Assembly: GCA_964036045.1 (NCBI GenBank) | Contig: OZ038378.1 | Location: forward strand, 171,678,001-171,742,000 | DNA from: Eutreptiella sp. 'Long Island Sound 2002' | Taxonomy: Eukaryota; Protista; Euglenida | Length of the DNA: 64,000 nt | Direction of reading: 5' to 3' | In this document: positions 48,501 through 61,068 of the stretch, piece by piece | Layout of the letters: every line of letters starts with the position of its first letter | Numbering within the stretch: the stretch's first letter is position 1 | The notes under the pieces: generated by a model | What the model was told of the DNA's origin: nothing | The model's database searches: none | Seen by the model: the letters and a program-made list of their open reading frames with translations, nothing else | Program-made: the position numbers and the translations under genes

Positions 48501-49829
48501 TCCTTGGCAAACAAAGGGTAGCCAAAGGTAGCGGGTGGCCGGGTTACCTATGGTAATTAATGATGTTCTGATGTACTGATGTTGTTTGGTGATGGCCAGC
48601 TGAGGGTCGAGTTTATTGCTTCTTCTGTGGCACTTCCGTGGTCCTCCTCAGGGTTTCATGATCGGTCCGATCCCCACCACCACAGCTTTCTGTAGTATCT
48701 CCATCGCTGTAAGCAGCCAATGACCAGATTTCAGTGTCGATGATTGTGGTCATAGGGACGCAGTCTGCAACCCAGTCTGATCAAGGGACTACCCAGGAGG
48801 GAATAGGTTGATGGTTCACTGACTGGGTCACCAACATAGACTGGTTGCACCACAACCGACAACGATCTCAGTGCACTGCCAGCGGTTGATGGTGGCCACA
48901 TGGTGATGGGCAGTTGACCAGGGTCAGCAACAAAAGCTGGATGTTAACAAACTGCGGCTGAGGTTTTAGGGGGGAATGGAGTTTGGCAGTTTCTCGTTGC
49001 AAAGCCTGCGACGAGTCACTGATGAGCCGTCTTTCCTTCCGGCAATTATTTGATGTGTGGGAGAACCAGTGCAAGCAATGCTGCCATCCATCTCCCCCAC
49101 CCGGGCATTGGTGTTTGATTACTCGGCCACTCATGGTGAATCTCTGAAGTACACCCGCCCTGGTATTGAGGATCTTCTGAATGGAATCTTCACATCTTCC
49201 TGCATAGAATCCCATCAATCAAGCCGTCTTCCAAGGACTGCTGGTACATGGTGCTTGTTTTTCACTCCAGCACACTCATGCTGGTATGCTGATGAAGACG
49301 CTTGTAGGGCAGAGGAAGAATGTACGAGTGTGATTCTGAGTCTGAATCTGAGTAGGATGAAGGATGAGAATGACCTTGAGGCTGAGGATAAGAGAGGTTC
49401 ACGATGGTGATGTTCTCACAGAGGGAGGTGGCTATGCGTCCTGTTGCAGCCCACCGTATGTCTTGCTGCAGTCCCACGATCTGTGTATTGCTTGCTGTAT
49501 GGCCGTATGTGTGTGGGGGCACACCGTACGTATTGGGCCGTTTGAAAGGCTAGGGCCATGTGGCAGCTGGCCACCGTGTCATTGCATAGCCACGTCGACA
49601 TGAGTCTGCACTGTATCAACAGTACCCGCCCTGTGCCCCTGTCATATAGGTTTGTCAGAAAGCAGGGCTTGCTACAATGGCCTGGTGCAAGGGGCCCCTG
49701 GAGATGTCAGACAATGAGGCCGTATACAGAGCGATTGCAAAGACTGGGGTGGACGTCATGTGTGTCAACCGCCCCGAGTTGCTTGTTTCCATGTTGGTGC
49801 CCGCGCGCCGAAGAAGATGCCTCTGCTGA
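45568..49829 (+). CDS. Glycerophosphodiester phosphodiesterase (GDPD/GlpQ-UgpQ family), 4 exons, about 279 aa
   Basis: Exons 45568-45742, 46272-46517, 48216-48454, 49650-49829 with phase-consistent GT-AG introns. Motifs GHRG..EPENTLAAF, VELDV..TKDG..VVFH, IPTL, VELK, FSSF, AW...GVDVMCVNRP. Confidence 0.9.
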
Positions 49830-51122
49830 ACAGTGAGCGGATCAGGAGCTGCTACATGCACGTCTTTGTGGTTCCCAGGGGAAGTACACCGCTTCAGTGA
49901 TTCTCAAGATGCCCGAGCCTTGCACAGGGCCGCGACAAGCACGAGGTTGAGGATTGGCTTTGATGGACTGCGTGGCATTGGCCTGCTCTTGTGGGCGATC
50001 GCAACGACACTGTATGTCTGTTATGGGGCGTAAGCTGCTCGAGATGTACAGCAGGGATGCACTAGTGGTCCTTGACGTTCTGCACGCTTTGCTCTTCATT
50101 GGTTTGGCCGGAATGGCTGGCGAAACGTAGTGATTGGCACAAAGCGCAGGAAATCCACCGGAAACAGCTGCGGATCGGTGGCATGCTGCGGGGATCGGCG
50201 GGGCACAAGTGGTATTACCGCAGTCCAGTCGTGCTGTACCGTGCTCCGCTCTATGGTAGCACCACATCGGGCCTCTCGGGCTTCTCAGGCCGTGTCTGTA
50301 CAGTAATCGTCTCAGTGATCCATGTCCGTTGTGGCTGGTACTTTCAGCGCCTGGTGACAGGACAGCTAGGCTCCATCTCGGGGCCATGCGACGGGACTGT
50401 GTCGGGCGGTTGGGAGAAGGGACGGGGCATGTGCTATTCTGGTCTCGGCAGTCGTCAGGTGTGGTTTTGGGGTGGTGTGTATCCCAAAAATCCTCAGTGT
50501 GTATCAAGTGCATCCCAATAGCCGAACATGCTTATCTGGTGTGTATCCCAGAACCGTAAGTGTGCATCCAGTTTGCATCCTGCCGGTGCTGTCCGCTTGC
50601 CATGGTTGTGCCCTGTGCATTTTGGACCCTTCGTAGTGTGTGTCATGTGTGTCGCAGGGTTAAGACCAGGGTTCAAAAGTTTAGTGTGTATCTCATCACA
50701 TTTCTGTATATCCCGTGGAGACGGGATGCGCATTCGCTGGAAGCGTGACCCGGACCGGACCTCAACTCGGTTCACAAGCAGCATTTTTTTTTTGGAATGC
50801 TGCCGATGAGGATGATGGTTTTCGATTACCCTCACCCCAGTTTATTACTACGTCGTATTCTGGGCAAATGTCCATGGATTCGGACATGGCGCTTCGTGGG
50901 GGGCGTGCGAGATCGACTTTTCTGAGGGGGCTTGCTGCACCCTCCTCCGCAGAGGCTTGCCCCCCGTTACCCTCGGGCTTACCTAGGCGTGGATGATAAG
51001 GTTTGGAACCGGTTTTCCCGATTAATGGATTAATTGTCAATGTGACAATCGGACGGAAAAGTAAGGAATCGCATGGAATCAATTATTCCTGTGGCGGAGC
51101 GCCTGTGGCTCATGCAAACGAT

Positions 51123-51128
51123 CTATAT

Positions 51129-51163
<35 letters not shown>

Positions 51164-51190
51164 AATGTGTGTGTGTGTGTGTGTGTGTGT
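51123..51190. repeat. (TA)n/(TG)n compound microsatellite
   Basis: Direct reading. Confidence 0.9.
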
Positions 51191-52055
51191 ATGGGCGTTT
51201 TCAGGGGGGGGGGGGGGTTATAACCCCCTAATTCCATCCACTAATTTTTGGCGGTTGGATTTTTCGAGAAATATGGGGTGTTGAGGATGCCCCCCCCTAT
51301 TTTGAGGGTGCCCAATTCATTTCTGAAGTTTTCAGCTCATGGTTTGACGATATGTTTGAGAAAATCTGGATTTTGTTGAAATTTTGGCCATTTTCGGTTG
51401 CTGGTGCCAAGCTGGTGACAGGGGCCCAAATTGCAATATCCACGTCACCGGCACCGCTTTTTCTAGGTTTTTGGTGGGTTAGGCACCCCCCCCCCCCTAT
51501 TTTGGGGGTGGGTAATCCATTTTTGAAGGCTTTGGGGTGTGGTCTGATGGTATGTTGTGGCCATTTTCGTTTTTTTGTCTTTGTTGCATGTTCTTGGTGC
51601 CTGGAGATTGAAAAATCCAAACACGACACAACCCGTGACCATCCTGGCCCCATTTCTCAAAAATATCGTCCCCTACCCTACCCCAACCCATACATCTCTG
51701 AAAAGCCTTTTCCCAGACTGTTCCGAAAAGGTACAATACACCCCCCCTCCGGAACACCATGCTCCGTAAAATCAACCGACACTGTACGGCACAGCAAAAC
51801 AGGGCACCAGAACCTGCGTAGACCTGCTGAAAACCCCCAAACCTCTGACAGTCCCGGCCAAAATTCTCAAAAATATGGTCCCCTACCCCCCCCTCAACCC
51901 GTACATCTCTGAAATACCCTTTTCGATGGCATTCCGAAAAGGTATAACATACCCCTACCCACGGAACACCATATTCCGAGAAATCAGCCGACAACGCAAA
52001 AACCCCAGTTAGTGGATGGAATAACCCCCCCCCCCCCCCTGTGAAAACGCCCATA
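51190..52055. mobile_element. MITE-like element inserted at a TA/TG microsatellite
   Basis: Left tatgggcgttttca-G run-..ttccatccactaa; right ttagtggatggaa..-C run-tgtgaaaacgcccata. Internal diverged direct repeat of about 210 bp (about 51655 and 51865). Shares the terminal GGCGTTTT motif with 23717-25238. Confidence 0.75.
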
Positions 52056-53910
52056 TATATAGAGCAATCTGTTACAGACTGTTACAAGGCTATTTTCTCC
52101 AAAGTGCTGTGACAGATTTTCTTGACACTTTCGGGATCGTTCATTTATCACTGAAACCAACGATCCTGCAGTTTCTAGCAAATTCTGTCACAGGAATGTT
52201 ATGAAAATTGGCTTGCAAAGGTCCGTCACGGATTTGCCGGTGCTCTACCTAACAATTGGCAACATTGATTATGTGGAAAAAAATAATCGAAAAGCATTAA
52301 TTGTTATTTGAAAATCTGATTCCAAACCCTGTGGATGAGCACAAGTGCCACTCATGGGGGTTGAGGATTTGTGCATTTCGCTTCGTCTGTCATGAGTGCC
52401 ACTCAGGGGCTGTCATCACCTGTGTCAGCGTAGTTCTCATGGGCTTTGTCCACTTTTTCTGGTCGAAGCATCCCGCCCGTTCCCACGTGTTCTCGCTGCA
52501 CCCAGTCTCTGCCAGACATGTCTGGTTCTTCCCATTGTATCGAACCCCACTTCCCATCGACCTGTCTGTTGAAGGCTCTTAGGTCAGCGGTCATGTTGCT
52601 TGATCATTTAACGAAGGGTAACAGTTCGCTCCCGCCCGTCAGTCGGTTGTCATTGAATTTGCGTGTGGGTGCCGCTGGGTGCTGGGATCAGGGACCAGGA
52701 TTCAGCCAAACCCCAATGTTCATATGGCAAACTGACGTCCAAAGATGAATCGCTGAATGAGGGCATAGTGTACACTTTGCAAAGCTTCGTCAGCACAGCC
52801 AGTTGCACCACATTTGTCCGAAACCTTGCGCGCGGAAATGCTGGGCTGAGGAGCCCCCCCCCGCCCCCCGTGTCCAGGATCGGCGCCAGCGGTGAGCTGC
52901 CACCTGCGGGCGATTAAGCCCGACCACTGAACGCGAACCGCCAACCTCCGACAGTTGATGGTGAACCACAACCAGTTGGCAGTTGCCTGATTCTGTGACA
53001 AAGTAGGGGTTTTGGTACGCTGCTTGGACTGTAATTTTGGGCCCTTCGAGCCCATTCAAAAGCTGCGGTAAGAATTTTGGACTGCAATTTTGAACTTTTG
53101 GAACATTTGGACAAGATCTGTTTGGTTGGTTTTTTGTATTTTGTGATCCACGAATGTGAGGTAGGCCCCATGTAGTCATGTGCGGATCTGTGCATCCTGC
53201 GGACCAGACTCTTATGGCGGGTATAGGGCGCACTATTCCGTAATACTTCGCGGCAATTGGGCTTTTCTTATCAATTTGCAAGTGCTCCCGCCAGCAGGAT
53301 TTCCCAATCACTTGGTGTTGTGTCAGCTGGATCAAAATTGAAATTGTGGGTTTCTGACTGTTCAAAGATGCCCACAAAGCACCATGTCACTGAGGGTAAC
53401 AACCTACCCATCAATATATTGCATTGTGTTTTTCAATACAGCAGGTGTGATGCATTGTATCGTTGGAAGTGTTTGCGGTACACGAACATATACATGATAT
53501 GTGATATTCATGATGTATTACATTGTGTAGTGCGACACTATGTGTGTTGAATACATGTGATACATACCTGGTGTGGGTTGGTGCAATCGACAGGTGTGTG
53601 AGGTGGTATTTTTTTTTGTTTGCTCCTACTAATTGCTGCTCTTTTGCATCTTCCATCATGCAGATTACACATGGCAACAAGTGACATTCATTGATTGGCA
53701 AAGACCCAACTACCAACCCCAGTGGGGAGGGGGGGGGGGGGGGCTGAAACCGGTCCAGATGCGACCACCCACAAACTATGTGTCGAAAACCAACGGTTAG
53801 GTTCTTCCAGGGGCTGCCGCCAGGAGGAGGCTCGGGGGGGGGGGGGGGGGGGTTAGGTCCAAGGGGTGGGGGATGGGGGGTTTCCGGCACTACTGTCCAA
53901 ATAGGGATTT

Positions 53911-54541
53911 TACGACGCGTCGGGCCCCGACACCTCCCGACGCGTCGTACATCCCCGACGCGTCGGGCCCCGACACCTTGTACGACACTGTACGACGCGT
54001 CGTACATCCCCGACGCGTCGGGCCCCGACGCCTTGTACGACACTGTACGACGCGTCGTACAGTTTCTTAAGCAACACTCTGCCCCCCCCCCTCTCTTAAG
54101 CAACACTCTGCCCCCCCCCCCCCTCTCTTAAGCAACACTCTGCCCCCCCCCTTCTATTAAGCAACACTCTGCACAGGGGGAGGGCGGTCTGGGGTCTGTA
54201 GACACTGTGCACCACAGGTAGACGCGGCCTGCTAATTGTAGACACTGTCGGCATGTTGTAGACGCGAAGTGCCAATATTTGGGAAGGGGGCCGAAGGCCC
54301 CCTTCCCCCAAGACGGTCCGCTGCCATCGTTTACCCGCCTAGAGGGGGAGGGCGGTCGTACTATGTCGTACTGTGTCGTACGGTGTTGGTGCTGTACGAC
54401 ACCTTGTACGACACTGTACGACGCGTCGTACATCCCCGACGCGTCGGGCCCCGACGCCTTGTACGACACTGTACGACGCGTCGTACGCTCCCGACGCGTC
54501 GGGCCCCGACGCCTTGTACGACGCCCCGACGCGTCGTACAA
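53911..54541. repeat. Two clusters of CpG-rich palindromic units (about 56 bp) separated by four TTAAGCAACACTCTGC(C)n copies
   Basis: CGACGCGTCG, GTACGACGCGTCGTAC and GGGCCC recur at about 53911-54062 and 54405-54541; ttaagcaacactctgc occurs four times at about 54067-54172. Confidence 0.9.
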
Positions 54542-55924
54542 TGCATTTCCGACAGCACTCGTTTCCGGCAGGTGGGTGGGGCCAGACTACAACAAACCAA
54601 ATTGTGCACAATACAGGCCTGCTGCCAATCCAACACAAACCTCCCTCCCAAACCTGCCATAGTTGGTGGCAGGTGCGGGAGGGGGGTCACTGGGTGTGGC
54701 TAGTATTTGTGTTAAGGGGCACATGCCCCCCCCATCAATTCCGGGCATGCTATCATAAAACAGTGGCATCTGGAATCCCCCAAGCCCTCCTCCAGCGGCG
54801 GGTGGTTCAGTTCATTTCTGGACCCCAACCCCCGCGGCGTGGCCAGGGGTTCCAAAGGAGGGGGGGGGGGGGCAACCCCAGACCCCAAAATTCAGAAAAA
54901 TGAAAGTGGCATTGTCGGAATCAGCATTACGAGTCATCAGTCGTCTGGGATTCGATAAATTTCTTTTTGAGAATTTCCGACCTCCCAATCGTCCCAGTCA
55001 AGTGAGCCCCCCGCCTGGACCCCCCCACCCCCCCATCCCCAGGTGGGCGCACAATTCAAAATGTTCCATGAAAGCTGCGCCCACCCCCGTCACCTTAAAC
55101 GTTCACCGTCTCTTGAAAGGCCCTGTTAGCCCCATTTCCCCCTTCAGCGCATCTCTCGGGGTCGCCAAGTGCAGTTCAAACAGCGGACGGCGATTGACAG
55201 GCAGGGTACGCCACAGCTGTTCTCGGGCAAATGACAGCAGGGTCGACGCTGCCCCACACCCCAGGCCCTTGCTCATTTCGCCTACTCTGCATGCCATGCG
55301 ATTCTCATGTACACTTGGAGCTTCGGATGGAATCCAATCCGCAAACAGATGTTCGTTTGATTGTGGTGTTGCAATTTACACAGTGGCGGGAGTGAGGATG
55401 CTGATTGAACCTTTCCCCCAAACTCTGACACAGCCAAAAGCAGAACGTTCATAAAATTGTTTTAACAGAGGTGTCCATCAGAACAATTCAATGCTACACT
55501 CTGGAACAGCGCAAACGAGGCGTTTCAATATGGGCAAATTGCTTCAAACTCTGTTTGGAAACGATTTTTTGGACAAAATTTTGCCTTTTGTTCTCCAACA
55601 GCAGAAATTCCGTTTCGTGTGTCAACCTCAAGGCTTGCGCCGATGAGGGCCTCCATGACGCGTTGCAATACCAAGCCCAGGCTACCCCGCAGCTCCTCAT
55701 TGGGTACTGAATGTCTATGGACACATGAATTGTCAACGCAAATATGATGCCTATGACTGCACGAGCCGTTGGTTATCCAACCGTCGCAACAAACAAACGG
55801 CTGTTTCGATGAGCTCCTTTGGTTGTCAAATGAGTCCACAACACAAATGTACAGTACCTCCACCGCTTTAATGGTTGCCACTCTCTTCGTTCTTAGTGAC
55901 CCAATGAGTTAGCTCAGGTGCTCA

Positions 55925-58900
55925 ATGCGCCCGGATATCGAAAGCCTCTGCTCTGAGGCGCACGGCCACTATGAAAAGGGCCACTACGAGGATGCGCGGC
56001 GGACGTACGCCGCGGCACTGAATGCTGCGCACGCGGAGCCCGAACTTGAGTCCCACGTGCTGCGGGAGCGGGTCGCCACACTGATGGCCATGCAACTGCC
56101 GCAGTTAGCGCTGGGGGACGCCATCAATTCCGTTCTGCTATCCCCGAGCTGCGACGGGTACTACGGCATCGGACGCACGCAGCTCGCGATGGGCCTCCTC
56201 GCGAACGCCGTGGGGATGCTGTCCGCCGCGAGCCGCATGGCGCCGGACCGCGGCGACGTCCGCGAGATGCTGGAGGAGGCGCAGGCGCGCCACGAGAGTC
56301 AGCAAAGTGCGGGCGACCGCAGTACCATCCGCTACGATTTCTGGTTCCCGAAGCAGCAGCCGCGCAGCCGGGACGACAACATCAGTTGGATCCGGGAGCG
56401 GATCCGCAATCTCGCGGCGCCGGTGGAATGTGTCCATGTGGGGGCCAACGGCCGGAGCCTGGTGGCTACGGAGCCCATTGCAAAGGACACGCTTATTTTC
56501 GCTGAGTTTCCGTTCGCGAGCGGCACTGCGAATTCCAGCGTGTGCTCCTCGTGCTTCCGCGAGTTGCCCATGCCGCACATTACCTGCGAGCACTGCGAGC
56601 ACGAGCGGTACTGCTCCACCTCGTGCCAGGTGCGCGCGTGGCAGCAGTACCATCGCAAGCTGTGCACGCGCGACGAGCGTCTAGCACAGCTGCGCGTATA
56701 CTGCCGCGAGAAGCACAGCAAGGAGGACGCCAGCACACTGATGTTAATTCTGCGGCTCGCTGGAATTGCGCTCTCGGCTCCGGAGCCCAGTGGACCGGAA
56801 AACGGAGTCGCGACGCCCCCGCCGCCAGAAAACCTCGCGGACGTGCTCGCGCACCCGGGGATTGCACACTTTCAGAACCTGACGGAGGTCGAAGACGCAG
56901 ACTTGAGATCGGAGGCGATTTGCCACTCGCTGCGGAATATGGACCTGCGCGCCAACGACTTCGTGCAGCTCCGGACGCTTTTTGCGGAGTTCCTCGACCT
57001 CCGGGCCTTCGACTTCGAGTGGTTCTGGAACATGCATTTCATCATCAAGGTGCCTCTCAACATCGTGTGCGACCCCGGTCGCCGGGCGTTTCGAACAAGA
57101 AGACAGACTAGCCCGCAAGACGCCCGCCCCCGTTTATCTAGGATTCCAAAGAACAAGAAGACACACAGCATCCCAGTCCCATTCCAAACCCTGAAACACA
57201 GTTTTGCACAGATTGTGTGTTGGTCTAAGTCGATTCCCCTCCTGTTGTTTTATCGAGGCAAATCAGTACGTTTTGGATGTTGCTGTATTCACAACTGCCC
57301 GTGGGTATTACATGCCACCTTCAGACTGTGGTGCAATGAGGCACCGGAAAATTTCCCTGCCCCCCAGATTCACCGTCAAATGGTGCCATGATATCAGGTG
57401 CCCAGGGATTGCTCTCCCCCCCGCCGCCCCGGGTTATCTTTCTTCCGTTTGCCACTGTTGAAATCTGTGTGTACTTGGACGAGACATTGGCATCTGATGT
57501 TGGCAGTATGGACTTATTTGAACTGTTTCTAGAACAGTCTCAACGCCAGGCTACTCGGATTTGGGGTGGGGATTGCCATAAAGCACATCCTGTGTGGGCT
57601 GTACAATACGACACAACCATGAACAATGTCATGAATGTTGCATAACATGATATGATGTGTACAATCCATCTGCACCTCTCTCCCCGACGCTCCTTGGCTC
57701 CAGGTGGGCCTGTTTGCTCCTCTCCTTGTGCTATTCCAGACCGTTTGTCCCACTTGGCATGGTCCCGCGATCGCTTCATGCCTTTTTGTGGTTCACAATG
57801 GGCCAAAATGGGCTCAAAAATGGCTCCAATACATCAGAGCCGCCTGCCTGGTACCACTCGTGGGAAACTGCATTTTTCACCCGGTTTTGACCCATTTTAA
57901 AGGCATCCAGGTATTTGTAAAGTTCAAATGGGGCAAATGGACTCAAAATGGTCCAAAACCCCTCAATTGGGCATCCTAAGTGATCTAGGATCATTTCGGG
58001 GAAGCCTCATTTTTGACATGTTGTTGGTCCCAGAATGGCCTGAAGGTGGTTGATGTGGGGTTACAAGCAAAATGCTTGTGTGTAAACGCCCTGCTTGAAT
58101 GTTGTTGTTGCTTGCCCCAGATTTCTGGGGAGAGTGGTGTAGTAGAGCAGCAGTTCCACTGGCCTGGAATTCATCCCTCACCCCTCACCATGCTCAAACT
58201 CCTCTTTAGGAGCCATTTTAATCCTTGTGGACATTTATGGGTCAAAAATGAGTTAGAAATGTGTTTTCCCAAAATTCATCCTGGACCCCTTGGGATGCTC
58301 AGACAGAATGTTTCCAAGCCATTTTGAGCTTGCGCCAACCGCTTTTGCAAGGCCATACATTGTCCATGCTGGAACTGCGCGTTGGAGCCCTGTGACTGGG
58401 GAGAGGGGTGCAGATTGGACAGGCTCCAGCACAGTTCCTCCAACGAGATCTGTCTTTACGGAAGTCCCATGTACATCTCAATCCTTCATGTTTATTCCAT
58501 TTGACCGCTGTGTATGGCACTATGAGGAGCGTACATGCAGGTTTGGGATCATGGGATCGAAGTCCTCCCACCTGCGGGACCACACCAGGGTCCTCAACAA
58601 GAATCGCGCCATTTTGGGGGGATGGGGGTGAGGGGGATGGGGAGGCTGGCTACCCGTGACAATGTCACAGGTAGGATGTCACACGTGGCTTTTTGAGGCT
58701 GACAGTGACAGTGACAGTGACAGTCACTGTCACATCCGCGTGGACCAGTGGACCCGCGGACCTGTGACGTGTGACGCATGACAGGGGGGGGGGGGGCTGG
58801 CAAGGGGGACCAACCCCCCCCTTTCTTGAGAACTCTGGACCACACTCGCCCGCATTTTGAAAGGTTCCATGGCTCTCCCATTTGTGTTACAGTGCAATGC

Positions 58901-59192
58901 TTTCGGTGCTCTGCACGGCGAGGGCTCCACACTGTACGCCGTTGGGTGCATGATCAACCACAGCTGCAACCCCAACTGCCGCCACAGCTCCGGGGATGAC
59001 AGCAGCATGGTTGTCTACGCCGACCGCGACATTGCGGCTGGGGAAGAGCTCAGCATCTGCTATGGCAGCAACCCTGCCGGGCGCCGCAGCTGGCTGAGGC
59101 GGACCTTTGCATTTGACTGCGATTGCAAGGCTTGTGTCGAGGGAGACCTGGCTGGCGAGCAGTATCAGGGCAGGGCCGTAGCATTGCCGTGA
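55925..59192 (+). CDS. TPR + split SET/MYND (SMYD-like) lysine methyltransferase, 2 exons, about 474 aa
   Basis: Exons 55925-57049 and 58893-59192 (phase 0, AAG/GT..TTACAG/TGC). N-terminal TPR-like helices, SET-N GRSLVATEPI, MYND CSSC..CEHC..YCS..CQ..W..H...C, SET-C NHSCNPN, ELSICY and post-SET FDCDCKAC. Confidence 0.9.
57750..58390. repeat. Intronic repetitive element rich in CCAAAATGG/CCATTTTG motifs
   Basis: Repeated (c/t)caaaatgg and ccatttt(g/a) words within the SET gene intron; boundaries uncertain. Confidence 0.35.
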
Positions 59193-60376
59193 CCGGCTTG
59201 AGGCTGGGTATGCCCGCCCTCCGTGCCTGCACCTCTTGACCTCTTGAACCAACCCACGACTCAACATCAATTTCTTGCTCTGCTGAGGTGCAGCACGCAG
59301 TACCGCCATAATGGTGTCCACACTTCCTCAAGCTATCGTTCCATGGGATCAATAGTTGGGTCCACATTGATTTCACTCCACACAGCCTCCACTTGCCAAA
59401 CTTCAGCACCCATGGGCCATCCATTGGGTCATCAATGAGTTGTGCCATGACAGTTTCGAGGTCCCTTATGCCAACCACCCTTTTTCTTAGCAGTAGACCC
59501 TTGCACAAATTTGCATTGCTTCAACAACAACACTCGGTGGTTCACCCCCATCTCTTGAAACTGAGCCACTGCCGCATACAACATGAGTGTGTGTTTCCTC
59601 GACTCAAAATAGCAATTACACCATCAGCTCCTCTGTCCGCAAGGTTTGCAGCCCCAACACGATGCGCTCAGGGCGCCTTTTAACAACTCGGCACCACTGG
59701 GGTGGGGGGCTGGGGTGGGGTGGGGGGGTCCCACGCCACCCCCCCCCCCCCTACACACCCCCCTGGACCCACCCACCCACCACCGCCCCCTCCCTGAAAA
59801 GATTGGGCCAAATTTGCTTCCGGGCCTTCGGCCAATCAAAATTTTTTCTCCGGCACTTTCGCCGCCAATCAGTTTACACCAAAGCCTTTCTTCAGTGCCT
59901 CTAAGAGCTCAGTACCACTTGGGGGTGGGGGGGGGTGCTCAAGCCCCCCGTCTCTTAGACCCATCCAACACCCCCCCCCCTTTTAAATGGAGCCCCCGAT
60001 GCGCTGCAGTACCACCGCCATGATTCGGATCAGTTCCGAATCACAAAAGAGAGGTATTGGGCAGAATACAATTTGATAATCCACTGAAGTCATGAGAGAG
60101 TAGCATGTCCCCAGCAGATGCCAACAGCCAGTGGGTAGCTAGTGCATTGGGCGCGCACTACTTGTCGTGAGGAAGTCACACATTGGTCCGTTCACTTGAT
60201 GGGATGGTGGGGCACATGATACTTGTGGAGGAGCCAAGTTCTGCGGTTGACCGTAGGAATCCTCATATTTTGCAGAAATCCTTGATTCACAGGAAGAGGT
60301 ATCGTTTTACTGGAGGAGTATCAAAACAAATGCAAAAAGCACTTGTTTTATGCCTGGAACTCCTCAACTCCTCATA

Positions 60377-61068
60377 GGGGGAACGTTAGCGCGCCTGGCG
60401 CGCGCCGGGCATCTTTTGTGACCCGTGCCCCACCGGTGGACTGTTGCCGTTGATATGTTGGGAAACATTATATGGATTTGCCCCTTGGCCCCCGGGACAT
60501 GAGCAGATGTTTTGATTTGGGATGGGTATGGACCTTCTCGTACCCGAGGTGATTTCTTTGATTTCGAAGTTGGGGGCCATGATGGTGCTTATAAAGGCCG
60601 GATTCATGTCATTGTGCCATTCATTGGAAGAAAGAATGGCACTTTGACGGCCCGCCAACAATGTTACAATGACGTGCACGGGTGGTATAGGGCACGCATT
60701 GAGCAGCTGTTTGCTCGGTTGTGGCATGCAAGATGAGGCAGAGGATGAGGCAGAAGTGTGTGTGTTGTGTTGCCAGAAGCGCTCCACCGTCGCAGTTTGT
60801 GATGAGTGTAAGGAGCACTATTTTACTGAATGTATTGACACCCACACTTGTGGGACCAATGTTGTTTGTTGAGTACAATACAGATGACATTTGGAGTTGC
60901 TGAATTCACAGATATTGCTTTATTATGCAACGTGCTTTGTAGGGAAGGTGTGCAGTGCAACGTGGTCTACTTGGGGGGCTTCTCCATGAGAGGGTAAATC
61001 TGGGGCTGACGTTGGGATAGTTAATAGAAAAGTAGCGCGCTGGGCGCGCGCCGGGCAAACATTCCCCC
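60377..61068 (+). mobile_element. Internally deleted PIF/Harbinger-like DNA transposon (692 bp) with DDE_Tnp_4-type transposase remnant
   Basis: TIR GGGGGAA(C/T)GTT at 60377 and inverted at 61058-61068; 3-bp ATA on both sides. 60440-60730 translates VAVDMLGNIIWICPLAPGT*ADVLIW...HDGAYKG...VPF...LTARQQCYNDVHGWYRARIEQLFARLW, the Harbinger/ISL2EU core with one in-frame stop, followed in another frame by a Cys/His finger. Confidence 0.75.

Noticed and set aside
49860-50420. Possible LINE-like C-terminal fragment right after the GDPD stop
   Set aside because: Several frames look vaguely protein-like but contain stops, and no RT or endonuclease motif is visible.
52720-53377. Possible decayed pogo/Tc5-like helix-turn-helix region
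   Set aside because: Only a faint resemblance (NWLWFTINCRRLAVRV..IARRWQL); no DDE core or TIRs found.
57050-57391. C-terminal part of the 488-aa track ORF 55925-57391
   Set aside because: Read-through into the intron; the SET domain is completed by the exon at 58893-59192.
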